Source of the DNA: an uncultured delta proteobacterium
GTDB taxonomy: Bacteria > Desulfobacterota > RBG-13-43-22
Reading direction: 5' to 3'
Assembly (NCBI GenBank): GCA_963802945.1
Contig: CAWDKY010000017.1
Coordinates: 320,001-384,000, forward strand
Length of the DNA: 64,000 nucleotides
Made by a program: the position numbers and the translations under genes. This document shows, piece after piece, positions 37,815 through 47,511 of this stretch; position 1 is the first letter of the stretch; every line of letters starts with the position of its first letter. Below the pieces are notes generated by a model. It searched no databases and was not told the DNA's origin. It saw nothing but the letters and a program-made list of their open reading frames with translations.

Positions 37815-38594
37815 ATGGAATTGAAAATCAAAAGAAACGAGAAAGGCTTTTCCGTATTTGCTCTGCTGGTAGCCCTTTCTCTTTTAGGGCTTATTGGCTA
37901 TGTTCTGTCCTCTTTAATGTTCAGCCAACAGGAGGCCACCCCTCGTTTCTTGAATTCCAACTGGGCCTTGTATACGGCCCAGGCCGGATTAGAGTGGGGC
38001 CAAGAGTACATCAAGTCTAATTGCAAGACCTTTACGACTAACCCCAGCAGCCTGTTCCCCCAGACCCAATCCTTATCCACCTCGGCCGGGACCTTCTCCT
38101 TCACCGTCAGCTATTCCAGCGGAACCCTAACCTCGACCAGCACGGTGAATAATAGTAGACGATCGGTTGCTTTATCCACCTCCACAATTAACTGTGACAT
38201 CAGCGTGGATCCCGCGCATCCACCCTATTCAAGTACACAGTATGTTTATTTCCCACTTTTAAATAACTCAGGTAGTACGCTTTATCCCTATCAAATAGAC
38301 TTGGCCAAAAGCAGTTCAGCCGCACTAAATCAAATCGATATGCAGTATTTTTCAGCGCCAAATTTATATTGGTCAGGAAGCCAGGTTGCTATATCCACTA
38401 CCTGCACGCCAACGACTTTCCGTTTTAACTCGGTGCCCAACTATAACACCATGTCAACAGGTTCCAATACCAATAACTACCTCAAGCTCCAGGCCACTTC
38501 CCAAACAAGCGGGACCTGGTATATGACCATCCATTATTCCACTAGTTTCTTACTTACCAATCCCAAAACTGTGACCCTTATCTTCGTAATATAA
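37815..38594 (+). CDS. PilX/MshP-like minor pilin, cassette 2 gene 4
   Basis: EKG|FSVFALLV (no Glu5), ALYTAQAGLEWG. Confidence 0.8.
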   Translation: MELKIKRNEKGFSVFALLVALSLLGLIGYVLSSLMFSQQEATPRFLNSNWALYTAQAGLEWGQEYIKSNCKTFTTNPSSLFPQTQSLSTSAGTFSFTVSYSSGTLTSTSTVNNSRRSVALSTSTINCDISVDPAHPPYSSTQYVYFPLLNNSGSTLYPYQIDLAKSSSAALNQIDMQYFSAPNLYWSGSQVAISTTCTPTTFRFNSVPNYNTMSTGSNTNNYLKLQATSQTSGTWYMTIHYSTSFLLTNPKTVTLIFVI

Positions 38595-38629
38595 TATCTT
38601 GATAAGTCTCTTTGTTTTATTCGAGTAAG

Positions 38630-38743
38630 TCGTAAAAAGTCGTCATTCCTTCTGGCGAAAGCCGGGGTCCAGAACCAGTCAATATTTTTAGATTCTGGCT
38701 GGAGCCGGAATGAATTCTGAAGGTCTTCCCAAAGTTTTTACGA
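38630..38743. repeat. Degenerate REP/MITE-like palindromic element
   Basis: Ends TCGTAAAAA / TTTTTACGA enclosing TCATTCC..GGCGAAAGCC..CCAGAA and TTCTGG..GCCGGAATGA. Confidence 0.55.
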
Positions 38744-38904
38744 AGCTGTTAATAGGGCTGTTCCTTTTATCCATCCTGACCATAATCCACATCTTGTATA
38801 ATGATTAGAAAAATATACCAGATATTGAGTTTTTTCTTGACTTTTACCCTTTTTGAAAGTACATAATATTCAAGCGAGAAAGTATCCATTAGCCAAGGAG
38901 ACTC

Positions 38905-40725
38905 GTGTATTCTTTTCAACTGACTAAAAATATTATAGGAATCGATATCGGGACTTCCTCTCTGAAGATCGCCGAATGCCAGCGGGCCGGGGAGAAGATT
39001 ACCCTGCTTAAATACGAAATAGTACGGCTGCCCGAGGGGACAGGACCGAATCGAGCCTTATCTCTGCAGGAAATCTCCGCCTTTATCCGTGATACTCTGA
39101 AGGATTTGGGCATCAGGACTTCGGATAGTGTTTCGGAAGTGACCGGCCCCCGGACTGTAGCCAGGCACCTCTTTATGCAGGATCTGGCTGATGAGGAAAT
39201 GAGAGAAGCGATCCGTTGGGGGGCCAAAGCCGATTTCCCTTTTGCCTTGGATGAGGCCTTTATTGATTTTTATAAATTGGAGGTCTTCAAGCGAGAGGAA
39301 GAGGCGCCGGAAGCCGAGATTATCTCCGCCGTAGCCACCCGGGAAGCGGTCGAGGAACAAGTGGCCTTATTAAGGGATGCCGGCTTGAAACCTCTTTTCC
39401 TTTCCATCCCCTCTTTTAGTTTAATGCAAGCCTACCGTTTTACCCAGCCTTCCCCTTGGTCTGAGACAGTAGCCGTCATTGATTTGGGTAAAAAAAGTAC
39501 TCAGATCATTGTCCTGAAAGAAGGAAACCTGAAATTTTCCCGTGAAATTGCTGTGGCCGGAGATATTTTCACTCAATCTTTAATTGGGTCTTATGAGGTG
39601 AACGGGCAGGCGACGGAGATAGACCAAACTACGGCCGAAAAGATCAAAATCGAGGTTGGGCTGTTGGCAGAGGGGGAGGCCGATCAATTGGTTGAAGGCC
39701 TTCCTCTGGATCAGGTACAAAAAAGGCTGAGTCCGGTAATGGACCGTCTCCTGCTTGAAGTTGAAAGATCCATAAATTATTATAAAAATCAGTTTAAAGA
39801 CTACGAAATAAAAAGGGTTCTGATAACCGGAGGAGGTAGTCTTTTAAAGGGCCTGCCGGAGGCCTTGGGAAAAAGTTTGGAAATCCCGGTGCAACTCTTT
39901 CAGAATGCCGGTTCGCTGACCGTTAAGAAAAAGATCAACCGAGATCTTTTTTTAAGGAACCTTCCCTTCCTGACCACCTTGTTGGGGCTTGTCACTCAAA
40001 TTCAACCTTTGGTCAATCTGAGTCGCCAATATTTAGCCCCTCAAGTTACGAAAAGTTCTTTTGGGAAGTATTTAAAACCCGCCCTGATAAGCCTCCTGTC
40101 CCTGGGGGTCATCTTTTTCTTCGGCTCTCAATACTGGATCGCCAGCCGACAAGCAGCCAAGTTTCGGAAGGAGGTGTCCGTTAAAAAAGAGCAAATAGCC
40201 CGAACGGGTAAACCGGCCGAGGAGTTGGCCCGTTTGGAAAAGGAAGAGGCCCAATTGAATAAAGAAATGGAAGGGTTTCCAAAGATCAATATCAAAAAGC
40301 TTCCCATGCAGAATTTGTTTCAAGAATTGCTCGGACTTGTGCCAAAGAATATAACCTTAACCCAGTTTGAATTCTCCAAGTCTCAAGAGACCCTGGTGAT
40401 GCCGGGACCCGCATCTGAAAATCCTAAGATCGAACCGGGCGCCGGTAAAATGGAAGAGATTCAAAAGGCCGCCGTGAGTTCCGGTCCCAGTGAGGGGAAA
40501 AGGGAGTATTATTTGATTATCCAGGGCATAGCTTTCGGCTCCGACCAGGAAATTCTGGCGGCCTTATCGGAGTTTACCCGAAACTTGAATCGGTCAGCGT
40601 ATTATAAAGAGGCCAAAATGCAAACGACTTTAAAAAGCACTGGATACTCCAAGGGGGCCGCAGAATTCAAAATCCTGGCCAAACTTGGAGAAGGGTTGAG
40701 TATGCCCTTGGGGGGTTCTTCTTGA
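38905..40725 (+). CDS. pilM: PilM actin-like domain fused to a PilN-like membrane/periplasmic region
   Basis: IGIDIGTSSLK, VIDLGKKST, ITGGGSLL, then VNL, a TM helix, coiled coil, VPKNITLT, IQGIA. Confidence 0.85.
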   Translation: MYSFQLTKNIIGIDIGTSSLKIAECQRAGEKITLLKYEIVRLPEGTGPNRALSLQEISAFIRDTLKDLGIRTSDSVSEVTGPRTVARHLFMQDLADEEMREAIRWGAKADFPFALDEAFIDFYKLEVFKREEEAPEAEIISAVATREAVEEQVALLRDAGLKPLFLSIPSFSLMQAYRFTQPSPWSETVAVIDLGKKSTQIIVLKEGNLKFSREIAVAGDIFTQSLIGSYEVNGQATEIDQTTAEKIKIEVGLLAEGEADQLVEGLPLDQVQKRLSPVMDRLLLEVERSINYYKNQFKDYEIKRVLITGGGSLLKGLPEALGKSLEIPVQLFQNAGSLTVKKKINRDLFLRNLPFLTTLLGLVTQIQPLVNLSRQYLAPQVTKSSFGKYLKPALISLLSLGVIFFFGSQYWIASRQAAKFRKEVSVKKEQIARTGKPAEELARLEKEEAQLNKEMEGFPKINIKKLPMQNLFQELLGLVPKNITLTQFEFSKSQETLVMPGPASENPKIEPGAGKMEEIQKAAVSSGPSEGKREYYLIIQGIAFGSDQEILAALSEFTRNLNRSAYYKEAKMQTTLKSTGYSKGAAEFKILAKLGEGLSMPLGGSS

Positions 40726-41352
40726 TGGTCTTAAAGTTAAAGACTCGGGAAAAGGTTTTTATCGGGGTGGCTGTATTGGTAGGGGTCGTCATGGGTTTTG
40801 ATCAATTTATCGCCCAACCTAAAAAAAAGGAGGTTGCAGCCCTTCAAAAACAGGTTCAGGAATACAATGAAAAGCTGGTTGCGGTTACGACTTCTTTAAC
40901 CGGGCTTAATCCGATCAGAAAACGGGTGGAAGAGAAAAGAAAAGAAAGAGAATCGATGGCCGGCAGGATTTCCGATGACCGGCAGTTGGGGCTTCTTCTG
41001 GATCAATTGGGAAAAGAAAGCCAGATGAAACAAATGGATTTGATTCATTTGAACATCAACGAGGACACGGCAGGTATTCCGGCTGAGGATAAAAGCAAGC
41101 CCAAGGCCGGGTCCTTCAAAAAGGTGATCCTGGAAACGGAACTTCAGGCCGGTTATGGGACCATCGGTCCCTATTTGGACAATATTCAATCTTTGCCCAT
41201 TTTTCTGGAGATTGAAAAGGTCGATATCCAGAGAAGAGGAATCGTTTCCTAAATTGAAGGTTATTGTACAGCAGGTCTTGTACATTGCTTCTTCACTGAA
41301 GAAGGAAGCCCAAGGTCAAGGAAATGGTCACCCTATCCAGACCTTGCGTTAG
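40722..41352 (+). CDS. pilO: PilO/MshJ-like protein, apparent frameshift near 41235
   Basis: LKTREK plus TM helix, coiled coil, LQAGYGTIGPYL..IQSLP. Confidence 0.75.
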
Positions 41353-41408
41353 CGGAGTCAGACTCGAAACGTCCTTTCCTTCATCGGCAGGAGGGGATAG
41401 ACGGAGGA

Positions 41409-41852
41409 TTGGAGGGGATTCAAGGGAAAATAGTACAGGTGTCATTAGTTGTTTTTTGGGCCTGTTTTTTGAGCTGCTGGGTGATCGGAGGAACCGAAGC
41501 GTTTTCCGGGCAGCGAGATCCGTTTGCCTTTCCAGCAGGGGTTCAGAAAGGGGCGGTTCTGAAAGAGAAAGCAGGGACCGGTCCAGGGACCGGTCCTGAA
41601 AAAGCGGTTCAAGGCTCGGTTCCGGGGTTTCGAGTGACCACCATTTTGGTCAGCGGGCGTACCAGGGTGGCGGCTATCAACGGGGTCCTGATGAAAAAAG
41701 GGGATAAGCTTGACGACTACCGAATCGAGGAGATCGAAGACAATCAGGTGACCCTATCCCGGGGAAAGGAAAAGCTGATACTGAAAATAGATTCGGAGGC
41801 CGGGTATTCTTTTAAAAAATTGAATTCAACCAATCGAGTCATGGGATTTTAA
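41409..41852 (+). CDS. MshK-like pilus assembly protein
   Basis: RDPF..VTTILVSGRTRVAAING..GDKL..IEEI...VTL. Confidence 0.7.
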   Translation: MEGIQGKIVQVSLVVFWACFLSCWVIGGTEAFSGQRDPFAFPAGVQKGAVLKEKAGTGPGTGPEKAVQGSVPGFRVTTILVSGRTRVAAINGVLMKKGDKLDDYRIEEIEDNQVTLSRGKEKLILKIDSEAGYSFKKLNSTNRVMGF

Positions 41853-41854
41853 AA

Positions 41855-43434
41855 ATGAAAATTTATTATTGGGCGGGAATTCCTTTGGTTTTTTTCGGGT
41901 TGTGGGCTGGGATATGTGTTGGGGCCGAGCTACAGGGAAAAGATCTAACCATACCGACCATGGAGGGGACCAAGCCTTTGGAAGGGGGAGATATCCCTGA
42001 GGAAAAATTGTATTCTCTTTCCGTCAGGGATGCCGATTTAAAGGAGGTCCTTTTTGCCTTTTCCAAAGACAATGGGGTGAATATAGTCGTTGATCCCAAC
42101 ATTGCGGGAAAGGACGGAAAGGTCGCCAAGGTCACCGTGGATCTGAAAAAAGTGACTATGGCCGCAGCCCTGGACGCCTTGCTTAAACCCCTTGATCTGG
42201 ACTATCAGCAGGAAGGAAACCTGATACGAATCAGCCGACCCAAGCTGGAGACCCGCTCGTTCACCCTTAATTATCTGACGACCGTCAGAGGGGGGGCGTC
42301 TTCAGTCAGCGGGATCGGGGGCTCTTCCGGAGGGACCACCACCAGTACGTCCACGGGAGGAGGTACTTCAACCACCACCGGAGGAGGATCGTTGGTCAGC
42401 CAGGTCAAGTCGGAAGATAAGGCCGATCTCTGGACCGAAATTAAAGATGAAATAAAAAATCTCCTTTCGCCGGAAGGGAAAATTTTGATCAATAAAATAT
42501 CCTCCACCCTGGTGGTCACCGATTATCCCAAGGTGCTCAGGGAGGTGGAAAAATTCCTGGCCAAAGTGGAAGAATCGGTTCAGCGCCAGGTCTATATTGA
42601 AGCCAAGGTGATTGAGGTGAGCCTGAACGACAACTTCCAATTGGGAATCGATTGGCAGTCTGCTCCCCAATATTATGAATCTGGGTTTTGGAGGTTTTAT
42701 CAAACAGAGTCTTTCCGGAGCAGCCACTTACACGAGCGGTACTCTTGCCGCAACAAACATTTTACCGTCCAATAACGCGGTTCAGATCGGGGTGGCCAAC
42801 ACCAATTTTAATGCCCTGGTGGATGCCTTATCCGTCCAGGGGAAGGTGGATGTCATTTCCAGCCCGAGGGTTTCCACCTTGAATAATCAGAAGGCCATTA
42901 TCAAGGCGGCGGTCGAGGATGTTTATTTCGATGTCACCAATTCAAACCTCAGGGGGGACTAGCCCTAATATTACCACCGCTACCCCGAGATATATTACCA
43001 TCGGGGTGATCCTGGATGTCACCCCCCAGATCGATTCCGACGGCACGATCATCATGGACATCCACCCCAGCGTCACCGAAATGATTAGCTTGGTCACCTT
43101 TTCACTAACGGGCCAGCAAGCCCCGGTGATCAGTGTCCGGGAGACCCAGAGCATTGTCCGGGTTCGAGAAGGACAAACCATCCTGATAGCCGGTTTGATG
43201 CAGTCCAAGAAAAATGAAACGCTGAACGGGATCCCCTGTTTGATGAACGTGCCCGTAGCCGGGGAAGCCTTCCGCCAGACGAATCAAGCTAAAACGAAAT
43301 CGGAAATCGTGATCCTGATTACGCCCACTATCTATACCGGTCAAAAGATCATGGATTTTACCAAGCAAGGGGATAAGGCCGTCCAGGATGTTCGTTCCCT
43401 TCCTTCTCCCAGCCGTCATGACCTGGTGAGGTAG
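41855..43434 (+). CDS. mshL: MshL-type secretin, two apparent frameshifts (~42665, ~42940)
   Basis: TRSFTLNYL, Ser/Thr/Gly linker, RQVYIEAKVIEVSL..GIDW, SSPRVSTLNNQKA, LDVTPQI, KSEIVILITP. Confidence 0.87.
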
Positions 43435-43437
43435 GCC

Positions 43438-44713
43438 ATGTACCAACGATTTTTTGGATTGAAAGAAAAGCCTTTTCGGATAACCCCGGATCCCCGGTTC
43501 CTTTATCTCAGCGAAAAGCACGCCGAGGCCCTGGATCATTTAATTTATGGGATAACTCAGGGTGAAGGGTTTATGGTCATCAGTGGCGACGTGGGCACGG
43601 GGAAGACGACGATTATTCGTTCCTTAATGGGGCGTCTGGGTAATTCTAAAATAAAAATGGCGCTGGTCCTCAATCCCTTGCTGGAGATTGAAGATCTATT
43701 AAAGGCCATCCTGGAGGATTTTGGTCTTTCTCCTATAGGGAAATCAAAAAAGGAGATGATCGACCAGTTAAATTCCTTTCTATTATCTCTTAACCGGGAA
43801 GGGGGAAAAGCGGTTGTTATCATTGACGAAGTCACAGAACCTGGCTCCTGACCTTTTGGAAGAGCTCAGATCCCTTTCCAACCTGGAGACCGACCAGGAA
43901 AAACTCCTTCAAATTGTTCTGGTTGGACAACTTGAATTATGGAATAAACTGAACCGCCCCAACCTTAGACAACTTAAACAGCGGGTCTCGGTCAATTATC
44001 GTCTGGAGCCTTTATCCCTCAAGGAAATGGAGGAATATATTTACCATCGGTTATCGATCGCCGGTTCAAGGGGTGACCTGGTGTTTTCGAACAGGGCCCT
44101 GCGCCGGATTTATAAAGTCTCCAGGGGGATCCCCCGATTAATTAATCTGCTTTGTGACCGGACCTTACTGGTGCTTTATCTTGATCAGAAGATGCAGGTA
44201 ACGCCGGTTCATGTCCGAAAGGCCATAGAAAGTCTGAGGGGCGGGAAACACCCTTCTTCTATTTTTAGTGAAAGAACCTTCCGGCGTCTGGCTTTCGGAG
44301 GGATTGGGGGCCTGGTCGTTTTTTTGGGGACCTTGGGCTTGTTGTGGCTATCACCCAGAACCAATAGCAACTTGGAAGCAACCGTGGTTTCAGGAGAGGT
44401 GCCTAAAACCCAGAGTTTGGTTTCCTCTCTTATGTATTCGGTGCACATCTTATCTTTCAGGAAGGAGAAGTTGGCCGTCCAGGCCATAGAAAAAATTTCT
44501 CAAGAAGGTCTTGAAGCCTTTGGCATGGCCATCCATATGCCCGATACAGGAACCTGGTACCGTATTTTAGTAGGCCAATATGAGACCAGAGAAGAAGCCC
44601 AAAATTTGGCCAATCGGTTGAGGGAGAGCGGATTATATCCTTATTCCATAGTCACCTCCATCCCTCACGGGAATATCAAAATCAAACCGGAAATTAAGGG
44701 ATCAACGTTATGA
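43438..44713 (+). CDS. ExeA/MshM-family AAA ATPase with C-terminal SPOR domain, apparent frameshift near 43830
   Basis: MYQRFFGLKEKPFRITPDP, GDVGTGKT, IIDE, LVGQLEL, GIPRLIN, WYRILVG. Confidence 0.88.
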
Positions 44714-45867
44714 GTCTTATCAGAGATGCCCTAAAAAAAGCGGCCGATGAAACGGAATCTCCTTCACCTTTGCCCCCTGACAAGAAAGTGGGGAGAAAAA
44801 GGTTCGGGTCTTCCAAACCCCCCCAAATCCTTCTGGTTGTTTTATTGTTGATCTGCCTGGCCGGAGTTCTTGTTTATTCTTTTTTCCCTACCCTCCTGCC
44901 TTTTCTAAAGCATCAACCCCTTCGTGCCCCGAAACCCATGGCTAAAAAAATTGAAATCAAAACGCCGGTAACTCCTCTTGCTAATAAAAATGAAATCAAG
45001 GCCCCGGTAATTTCACCAGAACAGGGAAAAGTGGCCTTGCAGACCAAAGGTCCGGAAAAGGCTGAGACTAAAAGTCTCCAACCTTTGCCGACCAAGAGGA
45101 AGGAGTCTCCTGAAAAGGAGCAGATCAAAAAGTCGGCGAGTCTTTTGAAGACCGTTCCCCCCCGATTTATAATTCCGAGATCGACGGCCAAGATTTTTTC
45201 GAGACCTTCTCTTTCTAAGAAAATGGTTACCAAAACCAGGCCGCCAAGCGAGATTCCTGAGACACCCAAGACCCAGGCCGCCCAGGGAGAACCGGACTCC
45301 CTGCAGATCGTCCGGTTGTTTAACGAGTCTGTTCGGAATCAGCAAAAGCATCTCTATGCTGAGGCCATCCAAGGTTACCAGGAAATATTATTTATGCGGC
45401 CTAATCACTGGGAAACCTATAATAATCTGGGCCTGATCTATCAGGACCAGAAGCGATTTACCCAGGCCTTGGAGATGTTCCAAAAGGCCTTGTCCCTGAA
45501 CCCCCGCTATCAAAAGGGATTTAACAATTTAGGGCTCTTCTATCTGAACCAGGGAAAACTGGAAGAGGCCGGAAACCAATTCAGAAAGGTTATGGAACTG
45601 GATCCGAACTTTTTGCCGGCCTATATCAACTTGGCGGTGGTTTTGAATAGACAGGGCCAGGTCGAACAGGCCCAAAAATGCCTTCTGAAGGCTCTGGAAC
45701 ACGACTCCGAAAATATGGAAGCCCATTACAATTTGGGCCTGTTATGGGAAAGTCAAGGGGTGGAAAGCAAGGCCCTTGAACATTATCAGAAATTTGTTTC
45801 CAAAGCTCAGGGACCCTATACTGAATTGGCCAATGAATTAAAAAAGAGATGGCCGGCATTGAAATAA
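44710..45867 (+). CDS. MshN-like membrane-anchored TPR protein
   Basis: MSLIRDALKKA, a TM helix, Pro/Lys linker, repeated YNNLG TPR units. Confidence 0.8.
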   Translation: MSLIRDALKKAADETESPSPLPPDKKVGRKRFGSSKPPQILLVVLLLICLAGVLVYSFFPTLLPFLKHQPLRAPKPMAKKIEIKTPVTPLANKNEIKAPVISPEQGKVALQTKGPEKAETKSLQPLPTKRKESPEKEQIKKSASLLKTVPPRFIIPRSTAKIFSRPSLSKKMVTKTRPPSEIPETPKTQAAQGEPDSLQIVRLFNESVRNQQKHLYAEAIQGYQEILFMRPNHWETYNNLGLIYQDQKRFTQALEMFQKALSLNPRYQKGFNNLGLFYLNQGKLEEAGNQFRKVMELDPNFLPAYINLAVVLNRQGQVEQAQKCLLKALEHDSENMEAHYNLGLLWESQGVESKALEHYQKFVSKAQGPYTELANELKKRWPALK

Positions 45868-45969
45868 GAGATACCGGATGAACGAGGGACGAGAAAGGCT
45901 TTTTTGTCCTTTGTCTTTGCGAACGAAGCAAGCGATCGTCCATCGTTTTAATACGTTTGTCGTCCAGCC

Positions 45970-46377
45970 TCAGGGATCTCGAATCGGGGTTTGACGCCAC
46001 CAGAGATTGGCCGAGGGAGGATCGAATAATTTATTCGCGTTTCCCTGCCTGACCAAAGGGGATGTTTGGTTCTCATTGGCTTCGTGCAACAGGCGGTCAA
46101 TAGTCAGCAGAAGGCCGAGGAAGGGGCCGTAATCGGAGAGGGCCTGATTGGCATAGGCCGAACAACTAGGCTGCATGTAACACTCAGAAGCCAGGACCGG
46201 AGAGAGGAATTTTTGATAGACCTGGACACCCAAAGACAAGGGGGAAAAGGTGTCCGCGGGAGAAGGGGGCGGGGAAGGCTCCACCCCATATCCTTTAAGG
46301 GGAAGGATCAGGAGGGTAATGATCAGGGAAAAAAGAAAAATTTTTCCCGAATAATATTTGGTGTTCAGTGTTCGCAT
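45970..46377 (-). CDS. YidD-like (haemolytic domain) protein with a signal peptide
   Basis: YQKFLSP..ECYMQPSCSAYA..YG...G..LT.DRL. Confidence 0.75.
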   Translation of the reverse strand: MRTLNTKYYSGKIFLFSLIITLLILPLKGYGVEPSPPPSPADTFSPLSLGVQVYQKFLSPVLASECYMQPSCSAYANQALSDYGPFLGLLLTIDRLLHEANENQTSPLVRQGNANKLFDPPSANLWWRQTPIRDP

Positions 46378-46416
46378 TGAGTAAAACCCAATGGCATACC
46401 TTAATGACGTCCCCTT

Positions 46417-47328
46417 TTAAAAAGCATGATGGAGCACCACATAAGGCGTCGGTGAGGATGAAGGCCCCTGGGAAAAGAGTCCAAACCGAATTCCATAACC
46501 TTCCAGGAAGTCGGTATCCAGTTTTCGATTAAGCTTATGGGCGCTGTTTATCGCACTGTAGATGTTACCCGAATACCAAGCCAATTCAATAAAAGTCAAG
46601 AGGGCGCCAAGGCCGCTGTTTCCCTGTTGGAAAGAGGAGATGGCCGCCCAGGTGAATAAACCGTTTATACTGAAGGCAATCAAGGCATCTTGACTGCGGT
46701 CCAAATACAAGTGCCCTGCTCCCGGAAGGATGGCCGCCAGGGCACCGGCCGTGGTTGGGGATTTATAGGGAAGCTTTTCGGCATTCTGAAAAAAGGCCTC
46801 ATGGACCTCCTTTTCAGAATCCTTCAAGGGGGAGTTTTTTAATAGTAATCGGGCTGAGTCGTAGTTTTTTTGTTTGACAAGACCCCAGAGAATGGACCGA
46901 GCGGCTGTAGATTTTAAAGAGGAATGGCCTTCTTGAAGGATTTTTTCCCAAAGGTGCATGGCTTGATCTTCCCGGCCCAGTGCCCAATAAGCCTTACCGG
47001 TTTTGAATTGGATCTCTTCTTTAAATGGTGTGCCAGGGGTTTGGGAAAGGACTCCTTCCCAGTGAAGGATGGCTTCTTGATAGGCTTTGGTTTGAAACAG
47101 GGCTTCTCCTAAAAGGTAATTGGCTTCATCCGCCTTGGCCCCGGAGGGGTAGAGAAACAGGTATCTTTTAAATTCAGTAATGGCTCGGAAATAATCATTG
47201 TGTTGCAGGAGATGACTGGCAAAGGTAAATTGGGATTCTTCGGAAGTCAAGGGTTCTGCCGGATTTGACCAGACCAGTGAAGGCAGGAGGAAGAGGAACA
47301 ATATTCCGATAAAAGTTTTTCCAGACAT
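46417..47328 (-). CDS. Exported TPR protein with hydrophobic C-terminal domain
   Basis: DYFRAITEFKRYLFLYP, KSP..AG.L.AILPGAGHLY. Confidence 0.75.
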   Translation of the reverse strand: MSGKTFIGILFLFLLPSLVWSNPAEPLTSEESQFTFASHLLQHNDYFRAITEFKRYLFLYPSGAKADEANYLLGEALFQTKAYQEAILHWEGVLSQTPGTPFKEEIQFKTGKAYWALGREDQAMHLWEKILQEGHSSLKSTAARSILWGLVKQKNYDSARLLLKNSPLKDSEKEVHEAFFQNAEKLPYKSPTTAGALAAILPGAGHLYLDRSQDALIAFSINGLFTWAAISSFQQGNSGLGALLTFIELAWYSGNIYSAINSAHKLNRKLDTDFLEGYGIRFGLFSQGPSSSPTPYVVLHHAF

Positions 47329-47511
47329 AGATTAAATTTCGGCAAAAATGGTTATAGGGGGAATTCCATTTCCCTTATGGAGGACCATACCATAAGCTCT
47401 TTTAATAGCCAAGAAATAATATTGGTTCGAGTGGAGTTGTTCTTGTGATGAAAAAGAAGATATGGTAAAAAGGTGGGCAGAAATTTTATTTTTGAAGCCA
47501 GGGAGTTGATT

